Shown: one piece after another, positions 54,101 through 64,000 of the stretch
Numbering within the stretch: the first letter of the stretch is position 1
Layout of the letters: each line of letters opens with the position of its first letter
Assembly (NCBI RefSeq): GCF_037042905.1
Contig: NC_087258.1
Coordinates: 8,122,001-8,186,000, forward strand
Length of the DNA stretch: 64,000 nucleotides
Reading direction: 5' to 3'
DNA from: Lytechinus pictus
Lineage: Eukaryota
The notes under the pieces: model-generated
Told to the model about the DNA's origin: nothing
What the model saw: only the letters and a program-made list of their open reading frames with translations
The model's database searches: none
Program-made: the position numbers and the translations under genes

Positions 54101-57100
54101 CCCCGGCTTTAGCTCGAGCTACCATCACCGGCGCTCAGTGCAAGCAAGGAATTAATCCTGCCGGGTACCCATTCACCTCACCTGGGTTGAGTGCAACGCA
54201 GTGTAGATACATTTCTTGCTGAAGGAAACACGCCATGGCTAGGGTTCGAACCCAGTACCCTCTGTTTGAAAGGCAAGAGTCAGAACCACTAGACTATGAC
54301 GCGCCCATGCACATGCGTTTTAAAAATAATAGTTTTACTATGTTTCGTTTTCTGATAGATTAAATCCATTTCAGAAAATGCTCATTTTTTTATTTAACAC
54401 ATGTATGCCCTGTCTGTGTCAGTTATGTGACATTGTCCCGGACTCTCTTTTCTTATGTCTAATTCGTTGTATTAAATGTATCTGAATTTCATTTATATAC
54501 TGTTCCTTTATTGCTTTTCGTTCAATAAAATGATGCAAACAATTAAAAAGGACCATAAAATCACCGTGACAATGATTACTTCGTAATTATTTCATATTTG
54601 CTTATCAGTATTCTCATTTTTGTTGTCTCTTCCACCCCCCCCCTTTTAGATGTTTTTAATCTACATTGATAAACCTAGCTTTGTCTTCTCCCCCCTCCTC
54701 TTATCAAAACATATAACATTTAAAAGGTTTTTTTATGGAGGTCCGTAAAAATTTTGAAAGGTTTGTTATTATTATTTTATAGCATTAGAATAACAACGAT
54801 TTACAAAATGTATATTTGAAATGTATTTAAAAGAACGAAAACCTGACAGAAACGGACGTCCTAAAAATGTTCAATAACAAACTGTTTCAAGAACGTTCAG
54901 AAAAAAAATCAAATTGTTAGCGGGGCTTGGACCCCACCTTTTTTACCTTATAGTCAACAGAGCCACCCCCCCCCCCCCCACCAAGCCCACAGCAAGAAAC
55001 TAGAATAAGCCATAGATTTATCATATTTCGGTTTTCATGGTGAAATAAAAGTTAGAAAGAAAGATGAGGGCACCGGCATGGTTCTGGAATGTCACTTATT
55101 AGTATAACAAGTGGCTGGAAAAAGTATGCGCGTCACTCGGTTCAAAAATTATCCTTGTCATAATGATGATACTAAGGTATGTATTACCTTTTTTATGACA
55201 AGTGTTCTGGCCTAGAGAGAGATATGCCATATATCGTTAAATATTGCTATCTTATCACATGCTGGTATATTAAGACTCGTTCAATCGATTGTTATTATAA
55301 GCCAAGGTCAAACAAAGATGTATTACAAATTACAATCGTGCATTTTATCTTGTAATGTTTTGCTTTCTGCGTGTGCTAGATTTTTTTTACAGAGAATTAT
55401 CTACAAAGATCTCCTTGCATGGAAAAGAAAACATTTTTTTTTTACCCTATGAAATGTAAAATCATCCACTATAGAACAAAATAACCCTACCGTGTTTACA
55501 CTAAATCGGCTTTTGCATCGGCTTTTTCATAGCGTGTAAACGCGATTAACTTGCATCGGCTCGCGGTTCAGAACCGACAATTTTGCACCACCAAAGTAGT
55601 AGGTTCAGAACCGCGAGCCGATGCAGAATCGGCTTTGTTACTACGTGTAAACAGAAAGCTGATTCTGCATCGGCAATTGGTGCGCATTTCATTTACTTTA
55701 CTATTGTGACGTAATTGTAAGCGCACGGATCCAGCGTTGTCTTTATTATGACGTATATTGTTGGTGTGCGTATCATTTCAGGTTTTTGCATTAGTTCGCG
55801 GTTCTGAATCGCGAGCTGTAAAAGCGTGTAAACGCAGTGCAAGATAGATCAAAAGCCGATTCTGCATCGGTATTTGGTTCTGAACCAAAATCCGATCAAG
55901 TGTAAACACGGTAATATGTTTGATGTGGACAGAATTACGCGCAGTTTAAGGACGTTCCACAGTTATGTTTGTGCGCATCATGATCTGCACTTATTTTACA
56001 CTCTGCGCGCTGACGTCACAATGGATGAACTGGTGATTAATCAGCTGTAGGTTATGTGAGCTGATTTTTCTCCTTATCTGCACTAACTGCAGATCCGATG
56101 TGTTATTTTATGAAGCTAATAAACTTGAATTATTCCATGGACCATTTTATTTATTCCTCTACAATTTCAAAATAGTTTCTCTGTAGTGCTGCAAAATATG
56201 ATGAATAAATGGAAAAGTGGTTCGGAATTTTTCCTCACATAATTATATAGATACAAAGCTTTTGGCGCGTTTTCGGGTGTTTTAAGAAGCAAATTGCTCT
56301 AATAAGAGTGCTGATAGTTTGAAAACAAGCACATGAACCCATATTTTTTAATGTTTGCCCCTCTAAGGTATAGCTTCCTCTACAACTTGGGCAAAGTTTG
56401 GTGAAAATGACATGGGTTTTGACTAAAGTGCAGCATTTTTTTACTTCTCAAGTTTGTTATTGAAATTTGAATTTTTTGAGGTTGAATATCTTTCCCGCAA
56501 TTTTTAAGAACTGAGAGTGTTGTAAGACTTCAATGAGCAAACAATTGAAAGCAAAATAAATAAATGATCCATCTTACGGATACAATTATTAATCATATTG
56601 CAAAATTTGATGAAATCTTCATGGATTTTGACTGAGTTATAGAGCTTTAAACTCATTATTATCGTGATCTCGTGAGGTCTAAAAATGCCAAATTCTTTTG
56701 GACGCGCAATTATTAAGAACATCATTCATTTTGGGTTAACTTTGAAGCTCTATAGCAAAAAATCAAGCACATGGACCCATGTAAATTTTTGTATATTTGG
56801 AATATTCAGATGCTAAAGTATCTATGTGCAAAGTATGATGAAAATGACATGGATTTTCAATGTTTGGCAGCAAGACTACGGAACCATTCGCATTTTATAC
56901 GGTATTAACAGACATTATTTTGCTTGTTTTCGGCGCATTTTGGGCTGTTTCAAGCCAACCCACAATATTTTGGACACTGATAATTTGAAAACGAGCACAT
57001 GGACCCCATAGTTTAAATATCTTAACTTATTCAAAATATATTCCTCTACAAATCTAGAGAGTATGATGAAAATGACATGGATTTTGAATGTTTGGGAGCA

Positions 57101-60100
57101 AAACTACGGAACCATTCTTATTTTATACATTTCGGACGGTATTATAAGACTTGTGCGTGTTTTTGGCGCATTTTGGGCTGTTTCAAGCCAACTCGCAACC
57201 GTTTAGACACTGATAGTTTAAAAACGAGCACATGGACCCCATGTTTTCAATATTTTAATGCCTTAAGAATATATTTCTCTACAAATCTAGAGAGTAGGAT
57301 GAAATTGACATGGATTTTGAATGTTAGGGAGCAAAACAACGGAACCATTCACATTTTAAACGGTATTATTAGACTTTTGCACGTTTTCGGCGCATTTTAG
57401 GTGGATTTCAATATTTTCAAGCCAACTCGCAACACTTTGGACACTGACAGTTTAAAAACGAGCACATGGACCCCATATTTTTAATATTTTAATGCCTTTA
57501 GAATATATTTCTCTACAAATCTAGAGAGTATGATGAAAATGACATGGATTTTGAGTGTTCGGGGGCAAAACTACGGAACCATTCGCATTTTAGACGGCAT
57601 AATTATACTTTTGCACGTTTTGGGCGCATTTTTGGCGATTTTCATGCCAACTCGCATCACTTCGGACACTCATAGTTAAAAAACGAGCACATGGACCCCA
57701 TATTTTTAACTTTCCTACACCTCCGATATGCATTCTTCTACAATTTGGATGAATTTGATGAAGATGACATGGATTTTGAAAAAAGTGCAGATTACAAAAT
57801 ACTTTTTTAATTTTTGAGTATATTCACGTCTTTGAAGATTTGCTTTTTCCGAGTTTTTGCACAATTCTTGCCAAATGAGGGCGCTGATGACTCCAAATAG
57901 ATATAGTTTTACCACTTAAAAGACTTTCTCTTACTTTGGTATACACTTTGTAATATATCTTGAAAATTTGATGAAGTTTGATGCGGTATCCACTCAGTAA
58001 AGATGATTTAAACTCATTTGAAAATTCGTGAGGTCTAAGAGAGGCATAATTCTCTTGATTGCACAAGATTGCATATCATTCAAATACGGCGAATTTGGAG
58101 ACCCGTAGAAAAAAAAATAAGCACATGAACCTATATTATTTTTTGCATTTTCATAATGCATAGATACCAAAGTAACTCTCTGCAAAATTTGGTGAAAATG
58201 ACATGGACTTCATTTTAACTGTGGAACGTCCTTAAAATGAAAAGAACTTTGCTAGTATAATTTTATCAAATAATTACCGCGTTTACATGTGATCGGCTTT
58301 TGGTTCAGAACCAAAAGCCGATGCAATGTAAACGCGGTAATTATTTGATAAAATTATACTAGCAAAGTTCTTTCCTTTCCTTTCCTATCGTCAGAGCGAC
58401 TAAAAATCTATACATTGAGACCAAAAAAAATCAAATTTTATGGAAAATGGATCTAACCCCTTTAACAAAATAATGAGGTCTTCAGAAGAGTTTGTTTGCA
58501 AAGGTGTTAGATCCAATTTAGACCAATCCAAGAAAATCATGTTTTTATTCTCCCATATTGAAATATTCTTTATCAGAAACTGAATTGTCATGATACCCTA
58601 CCATCTGACCATGTGAACATAAAATTTGGTATAAAAGAAATCTGCCTGTCTTCATATTTCTTTTTAATATTTTTCCCCAAAAATTACCTATGTGGATCTA
58701 GCCCCTTTTGAAAACGGATCTAACCCCTTTTAGTGAAAAAAGTGATAGTTATTTGCCATTTTTGTTCACTTTTTAATGGAAATTTCAACTTTTCTTTGGT
58801 ATCATCTGAGAGTGTCACTAAAAATCTAGTTAGACAAAGAAAATGATGTAAAGTGGATCTAGCCCCTTTTGCAATTGAGCTCTTCAAATACAAATAGTAC
58901 AGTGGGTTCTTAGCGTAAACATGATATTAAAAAAAGTGCAAAGCATATTAAAAACTTGGGCATTTTAACCTCGTGCAACTTAAATTAGCTCTTTCACCAT
59001 ACATATTCATCCTATGAAATGCAGTATTGAATCTTGACTGTCTTACAAGCGATTAGAAGTCAACTGCTAGTGATAACATGCATTGAATTACAGACCAATA
59101 GCAGACTGCTACTGGTCTGTAATTCAATGCATGGGATCGATATGATTGGTGACTTCTTTCATCATACTCCTCGCACGAGGTCATCAGTTCAAACTCCAAA
59201 ATAAATATGTAAAGTCTAAACATGGCCCTGGAAAGCGGGGTGCTGCGGGGTATTCGGTATGTTATAGGCCTACACCATGCATGCATGGCCGGCAGCACCC
59301 CCTGGAAATCAGGTTGGCGTGCTAACTAATGTAGAAATTAGTCATCACCTTTTTGGAGCAAAACTTCTTTTTGCGTTTCATTTTTTTTTTATCAAAGCAG
59401 CACCCTCATCAAATAATCGTTCCTATACCCCTGAATCCAAACTTTATAGGCAGTGCTCTTTCACAAAGAGATATAACGGAATAGAACCGTCAACCATGAC
59501 ATGAAATAGAAAATCTATCTTAACCATGTCAACCCTAATGCTAACCTCTAACTTAAAAATCGGGTCACTTTTAAATGAAGAAATACAAGTATTATAATCA
59601 TAAAAAATGAAGAAAATACTGAAGTGTCCAGGGCCTGAGTCCTTTACTGCAAAGCACCTAATATATGTCAGTCATGTCAGTATAGTCTCTAACTATTTAA
59701 AGCTTATCATTAGTTTTGGTAAATACCCCCCAAAAGTACATATCACTATTCCATTTCATTAACTAGATTATATTAGTGAATGTGACCCCAAAATGGATTT
59801 TGCGTGAAGGATATAAACTAGAAATGTTTTGTATTGGGTAAAATTACCGATATACATTCTAATGGGTCAAAATGCATTTAATGTCTATTCATTTTTTATC
59901 ATGTTTTCATGAACCGATGATGTCACACACCCACCTGAAATAACGGTAGTGTCAGTTACTTTGACGATAACAAAAAAAAATCTCCATTGCGCCAGTAAAT
60001 TATGATAATGATGTGTTAAATGCTTCTTTCATTAAGTTTGTATTCCAAATAATATAATATCGCAGGAATAGTGAATGTATACCGTCTTTGATTCTTTCAT

Positions 60101-60690
60101 CAGCGTTAAGACAACAATTTGAATAAATTATGCATTAATCTCTAGATATGAAAGAAAGTTTAAACCGTCAGTCTTTCTTATTCTAAATGTCTTTCTGGTG
60201 TAATTGAGAGTGTTAACCTTTTCTCAATTTATTCAAATCAAATTTTCTTTGTGTTGGACTTGACCATTCAGTTTAAATCTTGACAACACAGCCTCCGACA
60301 CTGTCATAAAAAAAACATTGTCTATATAGCGACGAAAATTCACTTGATTAAAAAAAACGTTTGCTATTCCACGAAATTGCTTTCACCATCTTCCATCGGC
60401 AAAAATCAAGTTGAAATGTTTGCATGTAATGATACAACGGTGTTGTTTTATATAAAAAGCGCATATTTCGCCCATAGAAGCTCTTGAATAACGTCCTCAT
60501 GATTCTTTTCAAATGAAATGTTAATCATTATATAAATTCAATCAATGTCTCTTAAAATGTGTCACAACAGCTAATTAGAGCAACTGAAATAATTGTTTTA
60601 ATCTGTTAATGAATGTACAAACTTACTCGATTGAATAAATGATGAGAGGATGATGAGCACAAAAATATGCCAAAATCCTTTAACCGTCAT
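45146..60690 (-). CDS. Secreted/cell-surface protein, 450 aa: signal peptide + LDLR class B (YWTD)-like six-bladed beta-propeller + HYR domain + GPI-signal-like C-terminus
   Basis: Exons 60627-60690 (ACCATG; MTVKGFWHIFVLIILSSFIQS), 53287-53541, 50817-50982, 50235-50362, 48456-48743, 47156-47431, 45146-45321. All GT-AG, phases compatible, 1353 nt total. Blades include GIDYDPGNDMVYWSD, TIALDLGNGKIFWS, IMWDPFSEYVFWT and LFYYTN. HYR: CPENI...VNWTEP...GGDYPVGITEVSYQATDAAGNSDRCTFIVTV. Small extra exons cannot be excluded. Confidence 0.82.
45512..46027. mobile_element. MITE with CCGGGGGGG-GCACTC termini
   Basis: CCGG(G)nCACTC...GTGCCGC / GCGGCAC...GAGTG(C)nGG. Confidence 0.7.
51328..51620 (+). mobile_element. 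tRNA-derived SINE
   Basis: GGGGCGTC...GTGGTCTGATGGTTAAGAC...GTGGGTTC head; core CCAGGTGAGGTAAATTGGTACCGGCAGGA shared with 17968-18254 and 54022-54306. Confidence 0.75.
52418..53076. mobile_element. MITE (CACTTCC.TTGACGAGTGGATACCAGG termini) with a nested palindromic MITE (~52706-52884)
   Basis: Inverted ends match. Inner CACTCTAAAAA...TTTTTAGAGTG is absent from the related copy at 46112-46570. Confidence 0.75.
54022..54306 (-). mobile_element. tRNA-derived SINE
   Basis: Minus-strand head GGGCGCGTCATAGTCTAGTGG...GGGTTCGAACCC; same core as the other SINE copies. Confidence 0.8.
55488..55913. mobile_element. MITE with TACCGTGTTTACACT termini and internal GCATCGGC/GGTTCAGAACC motifs (PIF/Harbinger-like ends)
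   Basis: 15-bp perfect terminal inverted repeat; superfamily call is tentative. Confidence 0.7.
55950..58231. mobile_element. 2.28-kb non-autonomous Kolobok-like transposon with an internal ~235-240-bp tandem array
   Basis: TTAA|GGACGTTCCACAGTTA...TAACTGTGGAACGTCC|TTAA (perfect 16-bp TIR and TSD). Array 56760-57780 with recurring AAAACGAGCACATGGACCCC and GATGAAAATGACATGGATTTT. Confidence 0.88.
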
Positions 60691-61887
60691 GGTACACTTC
60701 ATTCTTCAGTGGCAAGCTTGCAGAATGACCTCTTCGAGTTGGGCGTTGTCTTAAATACCTGCACATTTTTTTTAGAGGACGTACGATCATTCTTGTATTT
60801 ATGAATTATTTGTTTGAAGAAGATTTATCGAGTAGGCCTAACCAAAACAATAAAATTGTAAAAGGCCTTCCAAGACAAGAACCCTTCTACTAAAGAAGTT
60901 TTTGCGATGATTACCCACTAACTCTCACACCATTAACATATAATCTAATCTATCAATTTTCCATTCTCTCTCGTTCTATCTTTCTTTCTCCCCCTCCCCC
61001 TCCCCCTCTCTCTCTCTCCCCCCCCCTCTCTCTGTCTATCTCTTTATCTCTCTCACACACACACACACACCCCAACACAGATTCACTCACTTTCCTTCAT
61101 AATGCCCTACATTATTTTGAGTGTATTGCACGGTAACTTATATGCCATTTCGACATTATAATAATAGTCATAATAATAATAGTAATAATAATGATGATAA
61201 TAATAATAACGATAATAATGATAACAATAATAGTATCAATAATAATAGTAATGATAATATTAATGCAATAAGAAGAAGAAGAAGAGGAGGAGGAATAATA
61301 ATAAGAAGAAGAAGAAGAAAAAAAAAAGAGAATGTCATTTTACTCAAGGTAGCCACTTCAGCTTTATAAGCATGATAAGGGGGGTTATAGCCTACATGTA
61401 CTTTTTTCCCTGTGAGCCGTTTAACGTTTAGCACGGCTACTCTGATCAAGTGCTCGGTAGTGCGCTGCGTCCACCGTTGCGTTGCGTCCCAAAATAGTCA
61501 TCTGCGGATCTCCGCTGATCACTTCCCATCACCATTTTTTTTTTCATTATCCGCAAGTGGACGGAAGAATCCGCATCTAGACGTATCTATACGTATCGTC
61601 TGCATCTTTTTCCGTAGGTATATAATAAAATTATAAAAAAAAGTGATGGGAAGAGATCCGCGCGAAACCGCAGGAAATTTGACCTTTTTTTGGACGCAAC
61701 GGTGGACGCAGAGGCTTTACAACCCAAGGTAACAATAACAACAAAAGCATCGAACATTCAAGGAATTTCTTCCTACCGGGTACCCATACTACACCTGGGT
61801 GTAGAGTAGGAATGAATGCCCTGCCAACGGACTCGAGTGTTGCGTTGGGATACGAATTTGGGACTTTGTGGTCCAGGTTTATGATCA

Positions 61888-62282
61888 ATTGGTCTAACGC
61901 CAATTCGTCCAATTACCAACTCGTCTACTATAATTTGGCCTAACATCAGTTCGTCCACTATCCACATGATCCTAATGCTATTTCGTCCATTCATCATTTC
62001 GTCTAATAGCCAGTTGGTCCATTAGCCATTCAGTCAAAATCCCACTTGGTCTAATTGGACTAAGTGTTAATTTGGCGAAATGAATGAAAATAAAATGGAC
62101 ATTAGACCAACTGGTTATAAGACGAAATTATCATAGACGAACTGGTGATTAGATGAAGTGACGATTGGACCAAATGGTTGCTAGACAAAATGCTGATGGA
62201 CGGACTGGCATCAGACTAAATGAATAAGACCATGACTTGTGATGAGTGGACGGGTTGGCAATAAACAAATTGGCAATTTACC
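61888..62282. repeat. MITE-like block of short degenerate TTGGTCTA/TCGTCCA units, inverted between its two halves
   Basis: Left half repeats TTGGTCTA/TCGTC.A; right half repeats TAGACCAA/TGGACG. Confidence 0.65.
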
Positions 62283-62313
62283 GTGGTTCATATCTTATTT
62301 TGTCATATATATA

Positions 62314-63301
62314 AAGTGCGTATCAAAAAAAAGTTTACACTTTGAAAAAGCCCTGGGAATTCATAAATATACAACATGTGGGTAATTTTTTCACATATCA
62401 TCTTAGGTTTGGGTCTCATCTATCCAATGAAAGTAAAAGTTTTAACAGAATGTTATACTTGAGTGAGCACTGTCTATTTTTGTAATGCTCGCAGAAATCT
62501 GTTTGCGCAGAAATGCTAGTTTTTTGCACGCTGTGTCAAGTAAGGGCGAAATCAAACTTACCCTGTGAAACATTTCTCATACATTTCCCTTGCACTTTTA
62601 GTCAATTGAAATAAAACGGATACATTCAAGCATTTTGTAACAATTTTGCCTACCAAATTGAAATTTTAACATTTAGTAAGCACAACCTTTACCCTTTTTG
62701 TGCCAGCTGGATCTGAGGACATAACTGAACCTGAACAAAAGTTTATATCAGACATCTCCAGCATTTTTTTCACTGAGTTTTTATCATTTAAAGTGGGTTT
62801 ACAATTCATTTTTTATGTAATACTTGTTTGTCCACACTTTTGCCAAGCTTGACAATGATTAACAAAATTAAAATCAAGCCTAAGCCATTTCATGTAAATC
62901 ACAGCTCAGTGCAAAGCAAATATTGTCTCGATGGCCTCGGTGTGTGGGGGAGTGGGGTGGGGCGCAATGCACTCTTCGAAGTGTTTTGGGCAAGGAAACA
63001 AGTTTAAAAAGGTTAAAGATATCTTCAAATCAATTTTACTAGCTAAATTCCATGTTTTCTTCATGATTAAGGTCTACTTTTATTTGTATAACTATTTCAA
63101 AGTTCTGCGCAAATCATTTTTCACTACATTTTCAAAAGTAAGTGGTGCTCGCTCAAGCGGAAATATGTTTCTACAGTTATATCGTCATTTGCTTAAATGG
63201 ATCTGTACCAATGTTAAAATGTGGAAAAATCTTCAAGATATTACAAATGTATAATTTTACAGGATTTTTTCAAAGTGTAAACTTTTTTTTGATACGCACT
63301 G
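62314..63301. mobile_element. Tc1/mariner-like non-autonomous element
   Basis: TA|(A)AGTGCGTATCAAAAAAAAGTTTACACTTTGAAAAA...TTTTTCAAAGTGTAAACTTTTTTTTGATACGCACTG|TA; no transposase ORF. Confidence 0.82.
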
Positions 63302-63796
63302 TATATATCTTTTTTACAAGTATAAAAACCTTGATTTATTTTACTTACGGCAGACACCTGGGGCAGATAGTTATCTGCCCCAGGTGTCTGCCGTAAGTAC
63401 TGTAGCATTGTATCACACTGTACACGTGCGAAAAAAAATGTAGGCCAACGTGATACATAATACAAGGATGAAAATTATGCTGATTTAGAAGAGTTTGCGC
63501 CATAAACTTATCTTGCTACCAAAATATTTCTTCACGAAAACAATGTAAATTATATAATGAAGTTTGCTTTAAGATGATTTTTTTTTTACACGTTTTGCCA
63601 TTTTCGTTAATTTTTTGCATGGTAGTATATATAGTTTTTGTTACAGATGACTAAATTTATTTCTTAGAAAATAAAAATTGCTCTTAATATAATACGCTAC
63701 ATTGCCCAATGAAAGTAAGCATGGTGAAATAAAAGTCTTTTAATCGCCATTCGACCGTTCCCACAAAGCGAAAAAGTGTTATTCGAAATTCCTTAA

Positions 63797-64000
63797 AGGA
63801 CAAGTCCACCCCAAGAAAAAGTTGATTTGAATAAAAAGAGAAAAATCCAACAAGCATAACACTGAAAATTTCATCAAAATCGGATGTAAAATAAGAAAGT
63901 CATGACATTTTAAAGTTTTGCTTAATTTCACAAAAAAGTTATATGCACATTCTGGTGGGTATGCAAATGAGGAGACTGATGACGTCATCCACTCACTATT
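63797..64000. mobile_element. Kolobok-like MITE, left part (runs off the window)
   Basis: TTAA|AGGACAAGTCCACCCC; aligns with 1863 onward. Confidence 0.85.

Noticed and set aside
56760-57780. Regularly spaced conserved motifs resembling a CRISPR array (also the GCTCGCGC motif series)
   Set aside because: The spacers are homologous to each other or irregular in length, the context is eukaryotic with no cas genes, and they lie inside transposon TIRs.
45146-60690. Naming the gene LRP4/5/6 or hyalin, or naming the dispanins IFITM3/PRRT1
   Set aside because: Only domains are shared. The architecture differs and orthology cannot be shown without a phylogeny.

Overview
AT-rich, intron-rich animal genomic DNA with one assembly gap (452-642). 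The HYR domain and the repeat landscape suggest a sea urchin or other echinoderm; that is inference. Hand-splicing recovers four minus-strand genes that the ORF track shows only as fragments. Three are tandem CD225/dispanin (IFITM/PRRT-like) paralogs: A <726-13908, B 16695-20790, C 33444-38381. All three have a first exon with only 7 coding nt. B and C are complete four-exon genes; A's last exon lies off the window. The fourth is a seven-exon gene (45146-60690, 450 aa) encoding a signal peptide, a divergent six-bladed YWTD-type beta-propeller, one HYR domain and a GPI-signal-like tail. The rest is a dense, often nested set of repeats: decayed LINEs (L1/Tx1-like, CR1/L2-group), tRNA-derived SINEs, TTAA-flanked Kolobok-like elements, TA-flanked MITEs, a Helentron/DINE-like element and microsatellites. 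No prokaryotic system, CRISPR array or intact transposase/RT gene was seen.
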